Source: an uncultured Gammaproteobacteria bacterium
GTDB taxonomy: Bacteria; Patescibacteriota; Microgenomatia; UBA10105; UBA927
Length of the DNA stretch: 64,000 nucleotides
NCBI GenBank assembly: GCA_964573695.1
Contig: CAZNKB010000006.1
Location: 8,879-72,878, forward strand
Direction: 5' to 3'
Below the pieces are notes generated by a model. That model did no database searches. It had not been told where the DNA came from and saw nothing but the letters and a program-made list of their open reading frames with translations. Below, in pieces: positions 19,427-29,434 of the stretch (the first letter of the stretch is position 1; every line of letters begins with the position of its first letter). The translations under genes were made by a program, and so were the position numbers.

Positions 19427-20305
19427 TTAAATTTTTTGATCCTGGCTTTCTATGAGATCTGCGAATATAAGCAAACGCTGTGTCGTGCTTCCGGGAGGCC
19501 AGCAGGTTTGTAAAATGAGCCTACGAGCACCCCCTTGGGGCGCCAGGTAGGCGACAGCCGTGGGGTCGACGATCTGCTTACCGGTTATTTTGTAGGTGTA
19601 GCTCGCTCCCTTGTAAAACAAAACAACCATGTCGTTCTCTTCCAGATTTTTGAGGAGGTAAAATACGGCATTTAGATCACCCACGAACCAATCGTAATTG
19701 GTGGAGTGGGAAAAGAGGAATACGGTGCCGTCCTCGTTTGGGAAGTAGGAGAGCGAAGAGTGAGCTATACCCTTTTGGAGCGCTGCCAAGTACTCTCCCG
19801 GTTTGGTCGGATTGACAGCCGGAATTACCGCTGCATTGACCCCGATTTTCGGGATAACGAGCGAAAACTCTTTGTTTACCGGATCAATTGAGGCTCCGTC
19901 GGGGGTTTTAAGCGGGTCAAAAACCGCTGGAACTGCCTGTTGAGATGAGGCGACATCTGAAGCATGTTGAGCCTGTTTTGTGCCTGTCAGTCGGGATAGC
20001 TGTGTATTAGCCTCTGCAATGCCAGCTATAACATCGGCTTTGAATCCCGGCCAGGCGTGCTGAGCCTGAATAAGGGCATATTTCGTTTCGAGTCGTATGC
20101 GGGGTGTCAGAGGCCCTGTGAGTCCTCCAAGTGCCAGTGCTATAAGTCCCAATCCCACCAAATGTAGCCCCGATGATTTGTTGCGGTTATGTGAGATTGT
20201 AGATTGGTGTTTTCGTTCGCGTAGGACCGTAAGCGACGAAAGATCGCCGAGAGCGATTTGAGGCTGACTTTGGGTCCATTCAAAGATAATTCCGGTGGGT
20301 TTCAT
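19427..20305 (-). CDS. sortase (transpeptidase) family protein
   Basis: 292 aa. N-terminal TM anchor. Motifs: His in LFSHSTNYDW, catalytic Cys in RLILQTCWPPGS (TLxTC-like), downstream Arg in QRLLIFA. Immediately upstream of the LPVAG substrate gene. Confidence 0.7.
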   Translation of the reverse strand: MKPTGIIFEWTQSQPQIALGDLSSLTVLRERKHQSTISHNRNKSSGLHLVGLGLIALALGGLTGPLTPRIRLETKYALIQAQHAWPGFKADVIAGIAEANTQLSRLTGTKQAQHASDVASSQQAVPAVFDPLKTPDGASIDPVNKEFSLVIPKIGVNAAVIPAVNPTKPGEYLAALQKGIAHSSLSYFPNEDGTVFLFSHSTNYDWFVGDLNAVFYLLKNLEENDMVVLFYKGASYTYKITGKQIVDPTAVAYLAPQGGARRLILQTCWPPGSTTQRLLIFADLIESQDQKI

Positions 20306-20396
20306 GTAATGGGGGAGTATACACTATAAGATATTCTGAAGCAAGCGTATAACGGTTATAAAACGCAAAAGGCGAGAAGATTGTCTTTGGATACTG

Positions 20397-20792
20397 CTAT
20401 ATTTCTATGGGAGCGACGTATTTACCCGCGCGGTAATATCGTCCGTCAGGGCCCTGGGAGTATATACGTCGGTTGCGCGCGATAACTCTAAGTTCCAAAA
20501 TATCGGTGCGCTTCGAAGGAGATCCAAATACTGCAGTCTTGATTCTCCGTTGTCTGCCTGATAATTCCACGACAGTACGCCAGGTGTATGTGCCATGTTG
20601 TTTGGCATCTCTGGCTCCTCTCATACCGTCCCGTAGGCAGGTAAATGACCGGCAATGCCACGCTTTCTCGTCTTCGTATGGTGACACAGGAAGAAGACGA
20701 AGTCCGTCGTCAGTGAGTATTTGGGGAACTAATTCCGTGTGGCACTCGAGTCGTATCGGGCAGCCCTGGCATATGGCGTACTCTTGTTTCAT
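20397..20792 (-). CDS. small Cys-rich hypothetical protein (CxxC-x5-C ... C-x5-C)
   Basis: 131 aa. AICQGCPIRLECH...WHCRSFTCLRDG. Possible metal-binding protein. Overlaps the GNAT gene by 4 nt. Confidence 0.4.
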   Translation of the reverse strand: MKQEYAICQGCPIRLECHTELVPQILTDDGLRLLPVSPYEDEKAWHCRSFTCLRDGMRGARDAKQHGTYTWRTVVELSGRQRRIKTAVFGSPSKRTDILELRVIARNRRIYSQGPDGRYYRAGKYVAPIEI

Positions 20793-21304
20793 ACCAGCTT
20801 CTTTTCAAATTTCAGGAGGCGGGTGTCATTGATTGTCACGTAGTCCGTGAGGGAAAATCCTGCCCCGGTAAATAATTTGATGCTTTTTTCATTGTCCGGT
20901 TTTATAAGCGCCCGCACCGAATGAAGTTGTGCGATATTTTTGGCATAGATAAGGATGTCAGATATTGCCTGTGTCCCGATACCTCGGCTTTGGTACTGCT
21001 TGTCTCCTATGACGATGCCGATTTCTCCCGTCGTTGTGGGGAGTTGATCTTGCCGAAGGCTTACAAACCCGACAGTTTTGTTGTCCGATACGATGTCGAA
21101 GTAATGGCGCAAAGGATCCGTCGTAGCGTTTGTCACCCAACGGTATACTTCTTCAGGATGTTCGGGCAGCACGCCACACATCCATTGTCGTATCTGTGGA
21201 TCCGTGATCCACCGCAGCCAATTGGCTCGTGTTTCTTTGGTCTGTTGGGTCGGCTTTAGGTGGACGTATGCGTGCGTTTCGCGCACTTCCTGTGTTGCAG
21301 TCAT
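20789..21304 (-). CDS. GNAT family N-acetyltransferase
   Basis: 171 aa. Acetyl-CoA motif GIVIGDKQYQSRGIGTQAISDIL (Q/R-x-x-G-x-G/A). Confidence 0.7.
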   Translation of the reverse strand: MTATQEVRETHAYVHLKPTQQTKETRANWLRWITDPQIRQWMCGVLPEHPEEVYRWVTNATTDPLRHYFDIVSDNKTVGFVSLRQDQLPTTTGEIGIVIGDKQYQSRGIGTQAISDILIYAKNIAQLHSVRALIKPDNEKSIKLFTGAGFSLTDYVTINDTRLLKFEKKLV

Positions 21305-21674
21305 GATAAGCGACGGAGTATAACAGAAAAAGTTATAGGATACAAATATAGAGAAAGGATGTATAATGTGTTGTATGTCAGGATATCTTTTTCGTGAACG
21401 AGGGGCCTACATTGTGGGCGTTACGTTTGAGTCGATGAAGCGAGGAAAAGATGCTCGCGACCGATTGCGTGCGCGAGTGTCCTTGCTCACAGAACATTCT
21501 TTCGAAATTGCAGATGCAGCAGATTTGGGAACCGTATGGTTTGGAACGGAAGGGTGGTCTCCCGAACAATTATTACAGGCCGCTCGTAAACGATTTCGTG
21601 CAGCCAGCGGAAAAAGGTGATAACCTCGAGGTCGATGCGTGATAGGAAGTAAGTGGTGATGTGACCCACTCGTT

Positions 21675-24600
21675 TTACACGGCTTTCTTTTTGGCAAACG
21701 ACACTTGAAGTTTGTCCCCCGCAACGTCAATGCGATTTGCTTTCCACGATGGGTTGATCTTGCCGTTTAAGTGCGTGAGTACCAGATCATTGAAATGATC
21801 GAGGCTTTCATGAATTGATTTTTGCCATGGTCTGGCAAGGAGCGGCAAATGGAGGCTCAATGTGTCTTTCTTAACTATGAGGCCATGTGTGGGGTCGGTA
21901 ATGAGTGTCCCCGCAAACTGCGCTTCGCCGACGATTGTTTTGGCCTTCATGTCGGTAAGTTTTACCGTGTTGCCTTCGATTGTAATTTTTCCTCCGGTGA
22001 TCCGGGCCCCCGGTAGTTCGACCGAGGATCGGACGTAATCCATAAGTTCACCGGTGGTAAGTTGTACTGCTGCTTGGGTTTCGCGTGCCTTGTTCAATAC
22101 GTATGTAATACGATCTTCGACTCCTTCAGGGAGGCGCTCGGGAGCGCGAGGTGTCTCCGTTTGTATCGCGGGTGGTTCTGTCGGCTGTGCGTTTGTTACG
22201 TCGGGAGATGCGATGCTTGAGGCGACAGTTTCTGTCGGTGTTTCCGCTTCAGTTGGTTTTTCCGGTTGGTCGCCTGCTAATGTTTCGAGATGTTCGCGGG
22301 GCGATTCGGGTGCGTTCGGGACTGCGGCAACTACCTCTTGCGCTGCGGTTTTTGCAAAGCTCTCAATGTCCGGTGTGGCTGCCATATTGGCGCTGAGGTT
22401 GGTCATATCCGTTATGGTAATCGCACCGTCTTTGAGTTCGTAGGTGAGTCCGAGCGTATCCATGGTGCGTCCAAAATACGCATCAAATCGTGCGGGGTTG
22501 GAAGATTTGAGCGTCGGGTACATGTTGGCATACATATTGTTGATATGGGCCTCCATAGTTTCTTTGGTGAATTGTTCGTTGGCTTTTTTGGCCATGTCTT
22601 CCCAATGCATGTCTTTGTATACTTCGTTGTTTGCAAGCGGCACCGAGGGCTCTGCAAGTCCGAGTTGTTGGAGTTGCATATAAACGGTTTCCTTTGGATC
22701 CATGGTTGCCGCTAACGAAGGGAGAGAAACCGCGACATCCGGAGTTTTTCTGGCGTCCGTTAACATCCAGGCGACCTCCCGTTCTTCCATGAGTGGGGAA
22801 TTGGGGTTATATCCGCCGATAGCAGCTAAAGAACCAGACCGTACAGCAGTGTTTCCCTGAAATGCAGCGGGTACGCTTTGCGTTTCTCCGTGACGGACGA
22901 GGGCATCAAAGATTTCAAACGCACGGTGATGTGCGAATAACATCGGGTAGTTGGCATACGCGTCTTTCGGAAGTTGATATATGCCGCTGACGATATCAAG
23001 AGAAGGATTGGCATCAAATGTATCGATGATGCTGGATAGATACGTGGCTTCGACCGGGTTTCCTGTGCTGTTTTCGGCAATAAGCGAAACTTCCGGCGCG
23101 TCCGGAGGGCGACTTGCGACCAGTGACAATGCGTAGTTACTCAGGTCCCGTTTTATGCGTCCGGAGGTCGGAGGTTCTGCATAGGTATTGGTGATAAATT
23201 GCACCTGCATATCCGGATGATCCGCACGGAAGCGGTCAATTTCTGCTTTGGTGTCTCCTGGTAGTGTGGAGGTGACTGATTCTGCCGGCGGGGTCACGTT
23301 GGCTTCGTAGACGACAAATGCCACGCGCTTCGGATCAAGCGCGGATCCGTCGGCATTTGTTTGTTGCGCGTATGTACTGAGCCGCTGATATATCGTATTG
23401 CCGTTTTGTACCAGGGGAATCGAAACGATTGCTCGTGTGTCAGGCGAGAGGACCGGATTATCTTGAGCTTTGAGCGCTTCAAGTGTTTGTTGTTCTTCCG
23501 GTGTGAGGAGCGAAAGGTACCAATCAATTTCTTCCCGTTCATTGAGTTTTGCTTGCGGATTTTCGGTGAGCCTTGGTGACATACGGTTTGCCCGTGCTTC
23601 ACGGTTTAAGAATGTTTCTTCATAGCCAAACGGACTGATCATGGTTTCACCCGGGATCATCTGACCCATGAGCCCCTCTATGGGAGCGGCTTCGAGGACC
23701 TCTCTATACGGCAAGAAAATCGGTATCCATGGAAGTTCTCGCGCCGCTGCTCCCGGAGTGACAACCGTTTCTACATGGTACGGAATTTCCAGAGGGGCGG
23801 ATGCGAAAATTTTACCCGGCTCATCACTCTTGAATACCTCCGTAAGGGTAAACTGATGTATGGCATCGGTTTTTACCTCAGTTATGGGTGTGGGCACTAT
23901 CGGAGTCCCGACAAATGGCGACTCAGGGCTTTCGGGTAATCCAAGTTTTTCCATGAGAGGAGCTAATTCTGCCTGACTGGGTAAATCGGCATCCCGTCCG
24001 AAATAGCTCATCCGAAGGAGAAGGGCGTCGATTTTGTCCTGATCGGAGCCTTTTTCCAGGAGGTGTAACGCGTCCATAGGACTCTGGCCCGAAGCGACGA
24101 TGTCTTGATAATGTTTGATCGCCAGATCATTCATTTCTGAAAAGCGATGTACGGCTTCCGGACTAAACAGCTCCTTCGGCACATTGATATGCGCATCATT
24201 AGCGATATGGGCGATATCAAATTCTTTGACCGGCGTATCCCCGAATGTGGCATCGCGGAGGCGGGCAACGTGGTCATAGGGGTTGCTTCCGTTATCGCCG
24301 AAACTTACGTTCTGCGGGATTCCGTCGGCCGTATGCGGTACGTAATGCTGTTCATACAGACGGAAAAGATTCTTGATACCATTGGCACTCGCTACCCGAT
24401 GTTCACCACTGGATTTGTCGAGGAAATAATCCCAAAGTCCACCTTCCTGCAGATCACTACCTTTGATGTCGATCATGTCACCTGCATTAGCACTTTCCGG
24501 TGTGCCGGAAACAAATACACTTGTTGCAGGGAACGATTCGATCTTTGCAGGAATGATTTCCTGAGATTTCCACTCAAATCCATTGGCTTTTAGATCTGCC

Positions 24601-27600
24601 GTCAGCTTCGCAAGCTCGGCCGGTGTGCCTTGTAGTTCTCCTGTTTGGGTAAAATCAACGGTACTTACGATTTGCTTATCTGCGTTGAGTATTTGCCAGT
24701 GATGACTACTGTCAAGATATTTGAGTGTATAATCTTCCGGCAATTTCGCGGTAAGTGGCTCTCCGCCTGGTGTTGTCAGGTGGGGAATGGTGACAACGTC
24801 ATGTATGCTGGAGACTGCCTCTCCGGCTTTGTGGGGTTCAGTTATCGATAATCCGGCTTTTACCAGCGCATCTTTGAATTGCTGTTCGGATAAATGCGTT
24901 CCGAGTACCACGTCTTCCTGTCCTTTAAGATTCTCGATAAGGCTGATATCCAATTTTGCGTCATAGAAAACTTTGCCGTTTTCGGTATATGGATTGACAA
25001 TCATTTCTTTGGGTAATTGATATACGTTATGCCCAATGGAAATGATGTGTTCGCCGGTCGGAGGAGATAGTTCGACATGCGACGAACCTGTAGCGTTTGC
25101 TGCGTCAGAAAGTTCGGCTGCCCCCCGGGTAACCGTATCGCTCGTCCCTATATGTGCAAGTCCCTGGAATGCGGCTCCTACCGCGGCTCCGACGACTCCT
25201 GCTTTGACGCCGTATTTGACGGCTTCGATCTTCGCTTCGGATTTGAATTCTTCGAGTATGGCGTCGAGTCCGAGCGCCTTCTCGTCGCCGCTTAGGTTTT
25301 TGGAAGCGAATGGCCACCGGCGCCTCATGATTTCTGCTTCCGGTGCATACGAAGAAACGAGGTTGAGCGTCAATTTCAGCGGATCGTCGAGGGCGTCAAG
25401 CGATTGGGCTCCTTGCCGTAGTACCTGCGTTTGGGTGACCGTTAGTTTTTCCATGAATTCCGCAAATGTATTGCCGCCAAGCACAAGGTCGGCCTGTTCG
25501 GTATGTCCGGCCAGATATGATTCGATATCAGCAAGTGCTTTGTTGGCGGTAAGATCGAGCGCGCTTCGCTCGCTTTCAATGGATTCGCGGTTTGTGTACT
25601 GTATCAAACCGATTCTTTTGGGTCCTGTTTCGCTGACTGCCTTGCGTGCGTGAAGATCGGCAATGGTAGCAAATGACGCCCGTAGTTCATCGTCGGACAG
25701 GTTTGCTTTGAGAGTATCGCCTTCGTAAAGGGAAGATTGCAGTGTCGCGATCATTTCGTCTGCCCTGCGTTGCTTGACTGCAAATTTTTCAAACCAGTTC
25801 CTGCGTTTCTGGGTTTCGGTAAACTGAGCGCCGCTTTCGCGTTCCCGTAGGTGTGTCATGTAATCTTTCTGCAATTGTCCGTATTCACGCCAGCCGGCGA
25901 ACAATCCTCCTGCAAGCGCTCCTCCCGTGAGACTTCCCAGCGGCCCTGTGATAGAGGCGACTGCTTTAAATGGCGCGGTCTTGAGGAAGTTGACTGCCGA
26001 GAGCGCGATTGCAACTCCCGAGCCGATTGTCGCTTCGTTAAAGACCATAGGAACTAAGACATGCTGCTTATTGAGCCAGTCGGCGATTTCCCGGATCTGT
26101 CCGACGCCTTTTTCCACCGCAGTCGGCTCCAAGCTGGTAACTTCTCCCATGGCGCCCAGTCCTAGTCGTATTTGCATGGAGTTTATCGCTTCATCGATAT
26201 TTGCGAGTCCTCCCTCATGGCTCATTTTGGTGCGTAGCGTTTCTGCTACCTCATACAGACTCGAACTATATAATTCTGCCTCAGCAAAAATATCCGGGCG
26301 TGTATTGTTTAGCGTCGCTTTGAAGAATTCTTTTGTTCGGGCATCAAATTCTGCTTTGTCCGCTATTTCGCCACTGGCGTATTGTTTGAGTAAGCTTTGT
26401 ATCCCTTCTACCAACGGTTTGTGTTCTTCGCGTGCAGGGTCGAGAATCTCGAGTTTTTCTCCCAGTTGCTTACGGACGAACTGATCCGCCTGGTCAAAAT
26501 CTCCTCCGAAGCGTGCGCGAACCGCTTTGGCTTCGCGCTCAAATGTCTCGAGACCTTTGATTTCTCCCGTAAGTCTCATGGTTCCGATTTCTTCCAGAGC
26601 GATATTTTGGATTGTGGTGCGCATGCCAACCTTATCTTTGAACCAGTCAACTGCCTTGGTCCCTATTCGGAGTATGAAATTGGAATCTGCCAATTTCGCA
26701 TTGTATTTGTCCGTGGCTCTTCGTTCGGCTAATCTGATCGCGTCTTCCGCAAAGGGTGTTTCTGCTGCCTTGAGCATGTCGATGTAGTATTGGCGGGCTT
26801 TTTCATGGAAATAAATGCCGCCGATGCTTTGCTTCCATGTAGTGACCGCGAAATTTTCTATGTTCGCTACCGCGTCTTTGGTTTTTTCCCAGAGATTGCG
26901 TGTCGCCTGGGTCCGCTCCGCGGATTGCGGATGCGTAAGCTTCTGCATACTACGGTCGGCCAAATCCAGCGCCCGGGTTTCATAGGCTTTGAGCCCCACA
27001 ATGGTAATGACATTGGGGTCTTCGGTCAGGGTTTCCAATATCTCGCGGGCGCCTTTGGCGGGAGTGGGTTCCTGCTGCACTGCCTCCGGCGTTGGAGCCT
27101 CCGGAGCATGTTGCTCTGGAGTCGCGGGAGCGGGAGTTTCGGGAGACAGGGCGGGTGATTCTGTCGGTTTGTCTTGACTTGTCGGGGTTTCCCCAGAGGC
27201 TGCCGGTTCCTGTGGTATTTGAGCCGGTGTTTCCTGTTTGATAGCCGGTGCGGCGGGAGCTTGCGGCTCCAGCGTGAGCATATCTTTCGTGATCATGTGA
27301 GTGGCGTTTTGTTCGTCTGACCATTGCAATCCCGAAATTTTATCCCAGGGTACTTCATCAAAGGCATTGAGATTTGTGAGCGGTTTATCGACGAGCTTGC
27401 CTTCCTCTCCTTTTTTGCGGCTGAGTTCTTTGACGAGAGGAACGATGCTTCCCACTCCGTCGTTGGAGCGTTTCTCTGCCGGTAATATGGTGATATAGGA
27501 AATATCCTTGCCTCCGATAAGCTGCGGCTGTGAAAGATAGATCGGCGTTTCTCCTACGATAATCGATTGCTGTTTGCCGATTTCAGGATTGTTTTGTGGT

Positions 27601-27617
27601 GGGATTGGTTCTGTCAT
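21675..27617 (-). CDS. giant hypothetical protein (1980 aa) with a low-complexity Pro/Glu/Ala/Thr segment and internal glycine-zipper hydrophobic helices
   Basis: Single uninterrupted ORF. Residues ~100-190 are PAAPAIKQETPAQIPQEPAASGETPTSQDKPTESPALSPETPAPATPEQHAPEAPTPEAV. Mid-protein hydrophobic segments VAIALSAVNFLKTAPFKAVASITGPLGSLTGGALAGGLFAGW and VKYGVKAGVVGAAVGAAFQGLAHIG. No enzymatic motif recognised. Confidence 0.6.
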   Translation of the reverse strand: MTEPIPPQNNPEIGKQQSIIVGETPIYLSQPQLIGGKDISYITILPAEKRSNDGVGSIVPLVKELSRKKGEEGKLVDKPLTNLNAFDEVPWDKISGLQWSDEQNATHMITKDMLTLEPQAPAAPAIKQETPAQIPQEPAASGETPTSQDKPTESPALSPETPAPATPEQHAPEAPTPEAVQQEPTPAKGAREILETLTEDPNVITIVGLKAYETRALDLADRSMQKLTHPQSAERTQATRNLWEKTKDAVANIENFAVTTWKQSIGGIYFHEKARQYYIDMLKAAETPFAEDAIRLAERRATDKYNAKLADSNFILRIGTKAVDWFKDKVGMRTTIQNIALEEIGTMRLTGEIKGLETFEREAKAVRARFGGDFDQADQFVRKQLGEKLEILDPAREEHKPLVEGIQSLLKQYASGEIADKAEFDARTKEFFKATLNNTRPDIFAEAELYSSSLYEVAETLRTKMSHEGGLANIDEAINSMQIRLGLGAMGEVTSLEPTAVEKGVGQIREIADWLNKQHVLVPMVFNEATIGSGVAIALSAVNFLKTAPFKAVASITGPLGSLTGGALAGGLFAGWREYGQLQKDYMTHLRERESGAQFTETQKRRNWFEKFAVKQRRADEMIATLQSSLYEGDTLKANLSDDELRASFATIADLHARKAVSETGPKRIGLIQYTNRESIESERSALDLTANKALADIESYLAGHTEQADLVLGGNTFAEFMEKLTVTQTQVLRQGAQSLDALDDPLKLTLNLVSSYAPEAEIMRRRWPFASKNLSGDEKALGLDAILEEFKSEAKIEAVKYGVKAGVVGAAVGAAFQGLAHIGTSDTVTRGAAELSDAANATGSSHVELSPPTGEHIISIGHNVYQLPKEMIVNPYTENGKVFYDAKLDISLIENLKGQEDVVLGTHLSEQQFKDALVKAGLSITEPHKAGEAVSSIHDVVTIPHLTTPGGEPLTAKLPEDYTLKYLDSSHHWQILNADKQIVSTVDFTQTGELQGTPAELAKLTADLKANGFEWKSQEIIPAKIESFPATSVFVSGTPESANAGDMIDIKGSDLQEGGLWDYFLDKSSGEHRVASANGIKNLFRLYEQHYVPHTADGIPQNVSFGDNGSNPYDHVARLRDATFGDTPVKEFDIAHIANDAHINVPKELFSPEAVHRFSEMNDLAIKHYQDIVASGQSPMDALHLLEKGSDQDKIDALLLRMSYFGRDADLPSQAELAPLMEKLGLPESPESPFVGTPIVPTPITEVKTDAIHQFTLTEVFKSDEPGKIFASAPLEIPYHVETVVTPGAAARELPWIPIFLPYREVLEAAPIEGLMGQMIPGETMISPFGYEETFLNREARANRMSPRLTENPQAKLNEREEIDWYLSLLTPEEQQTLEALKAQDNPVLSPDTRAIVSIPLVQNGNTIYQRLSTYAQQTNADGSALDPKRVAFVVYEANVTPPAESVTSTLPGDTKAEIDRFRADHPDMQVQFITNTYAEPPTSGRIKRDLSNYALSLVASRPPDAPEVSLIAENSTGNPVEATYLSSIIDTFDANPSLDIVSGIYQLPKDAYANYPMLFAHHRAFEIFDALVRHGETQSVPAAFQGNTAVRSGSLAAIGGYNPNSPLMEEREVAWMLTDARKTPDVAVSLPSLAATMDPKETVYMQLQQLGLAEPSVPLANNEVYKDMHWEDMAKKANEQFTKETMEAHINNMYANMYPTLKSSNPARFDAYFGRTMDTLGLTYELKDGAITITDMTNLSANMAATPDIESFAKTAAQEVVAAVPNAPESPREHLETLAGDQPEKPTEAETPTETVASSIASPDVTNAQPTEPPAIQTETPRAPERLPEGVEDRITYVLNKARETQAAVQLTTGELMDYVRSSVELPGARITGGKITIEGNTVKLTDMKAKTIVGEAQFAGTLITDPTHGLIVKKDTLSLHLPLLARPWQKSIHESLDHFNDLVLTHLNGKINPSWKANRIDVAGDKLQVSFAKKKAV

Positions 27618-27622
27618 GGTGA

Positions 27623-27961
27623 TTAGTGTGTTTTTTGTTCGGTGACGCCGATATAGAGCCTATGGAAATCACTAAAAATCTGCGCGACCAAGATTTCCGG
27701 TTCTTTTACATAATTACTGATGAATTTTTGCACTTCCTCCGGTGCTGGATTGGTTTTTATGAGTTCGGCAAGCGCGGAGACCGCATCCGGATTGGTGGAG
27801 CTGACCATTTCTATAGTGCGGAGCGTGAGATACTGATTGAGTCTTTCGGTGAGTTCACGCTTGATGTCACTTCTGGTTGCATCGTCAAGGGGACTAGATG
27901 CAAATTTTTCGGCTATGAGCGAGTCGATAAAAGCATCGATAGCAGGAAGCGTAATGTCCAT
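27623..27961 (-). CDS. small acidic helical hypothetical protein
   Basis: 112 aa, 5 nt upstream of the giant gene. Operonic. Confidence 0.45.
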   Translation of the reverse strand: MDITLPAIDAFIDSLIAEKFASSPLDDATRSDIKRELTERLNQYLTLRTIEMVSSTNPDAVSALAELIKTNPAPEEVQKFISNYVKEPEILVAQIFSDFHRLYIGVTEQKTH

Positions 27962-28112
27962 AGATCTACATTATGGTAGTAGTGGGGGGCTGTCAAGGAC
28001 TGTACAACTATATAGAAATGATATGTTTTAAATCAAATAGACTTCATTTGGATTTCGCTTCGCAATGGGACGTGTTGCGAAGCTGATTTTTAGAGAGAAT
28101 GATATAGTTTTT

Positions 28113-28487
28113 TTACTTGGTCTTCGAGCTTCCGGTCCACACCAGTTTCACATCTTGTTTTATCACCTTGTCCGCAAGTTCCTGAGCTTCCTTGTACTGA
28201 CCTGCTTTGATAAGCTGTCGGACCGTCTCGATAGCCGGTTTGGCGACGCCGTCTTCGTAGTCCCGTAAATAAGGAACAATCACATGGGATATCTCCGAAA
28301 AGTTGTCATCTAAGTGTGGCAGTGTTTTGTATAATTCCTCGAGACTCATGCCGGGCTTGAGTCGTTCGAGAATCATCTGCGCCAATGTTTGCGCACGCTC
28401 CTCACTCATCTCCTCTGCTTCGACTTTTTGTTTGATAAGGTCGACAATATCGGCCTCTATTTGCTCTCTGATGTCATCGGGGGACAT
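28113..28487 (-). CDS. small acidic helical hypothetical protein
   Basis: 124 aa. Composition similar to 27623-27961. Same operon. Confidence 0.45.
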   Translation of the reverse strand: MSPDDIREQIEADIVDLIKQKVEAEEMSEERAQTLAQMILERLKPGMSLEELYKTLPHLDDNFSEISHVIVPYLRDYEDGVAKPAIETVRQLIKAGQYKEAQELADKVIKQDVKLVWTGSSKTK

Positions 28488-28543
28488 ATCTCTAGTATCA
28501 CGTATAAGTAGACAGGGATCAAGAGGGGAGGAGTGGGAAATGG

Positions 28544-29434
28544 TCAGGCTGCAAGGAATTTATCGTCGTTTTGGGAAGGATAAGGGAATATCATGCCTTT
28601 TGTTTTGGAAAGCGCATTGATTTGCGTGCTATTGTCTATTTGTTTTACAAGCGCCTCCAGAGCTTCGGGCACTGCTCCGTAGACAAAACGGCGTAAGGTG
28701 GTAAGGTCCAGATGATCCCAGGTGGGAATTTCAAAAAGCAGCTGCGGTTGTAAATTCGGATCTTTTTGGATATAGCATCGAAGCGGCTCCGTTTTGTCGT
28801 AGAGTTCGGTGCCTCCGTTTTGGATCGAAACTCCTCCTGCCGCCATGGTGATGTCTCGTTCTCCATGCGTTTTGATGACGTTCATGATATCCGACATGTC
28901 ATAGGGTCTCATTTTTCCCGCGACGCGCACGAGTACTGTCGCAGGGTGTGCCGACGGATCGGTAATGTCGATTCCGGTGAGAGCGGTACATATTTCAAAG
29001 TTTTTTCCTGATTGTGACAGTGCCCCATTTTCCTGATCCGAAAGCCAATGATCTAAACTAATGGGTTTTTCCAGGACTTTCGGGATATCGTCCGGGGCAT
29101 CGGCGTTATAACTTACCTGTACCGTGTCGGAATACAATCGTATGGTGCGACCTGGTCTCGTACTCACGTCTCCCAATAGACCCTCGCATGCTGTGTTGTT
29201 GACCGCTCCCTGGACAAGAAGTCCGGTTACGTCCTGCAAGGCTTTTTCCTTTGCGACTTCAAAGGGCCACTCGGACGGTGAGCTGTTGACCGGCTTGTGA
29301 ATGACAGTTTCCGTAAATCCGGGTGTCACTTGATGTACGCGATCAGGCGTGAGGAGGGATCGAAACGCCATTATGCGTTCTTTTGAAGATGTCACAACAT
29401 CAAGATAAATTGGTCGCTCGTTTTTGAGTGCCAT
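28544..29434 (-). CDS. hypothetical protein
   Basis: 296 aa. First gene of the minus-strand operon that ends with the giant protein. Confidence 0.5.
   Translation of the reverse strand: MALKNERPIYLDVVTSSKERIMAFRSLLTPDRVHQVTPGFTETVIHKPVNSSPSEWPFEVAKEKALQDVTGLLVQGAVNNTACEGLLGDVSTRPGRTIRLYSDTVQVSYNADAPDDIPKVLEKPISLDHWLSDQENGALSQSGKNFEICTALTGIDITDPSAHPATVLVRVAGKMRPYDMSDIMNVIKTHGERDITMAAGGVSIQNGGTELYDKTEPLRCYIQKDPNLQPQLLFEIPTWDHLDLTTLRRFVYGAVPEALEALVKQIDNSTQINALSKTKGMIFPYPSQNDDKFLAA

Noticed and set aside
20397-20792. WhiB-like (Wbl) Fe-S transcription factor call for the Cys-rich protein
   Set aside because: The Cys pattern lacks the upstream first Cys with ~30 aa spacing and the GVWGG turn. 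The spacing CxxC-x5-C alone is not diagnostic.
21675-27617. A GT-A-like glycosyltransferase domain inside the giant protein (segment around VAFVVYEAN...LSLVASRPPDAPEVSLIAENS...)
   Set aside because: Only a vague resemblance. No DxD or nucleotide-binding motif could be confirmed by eye.
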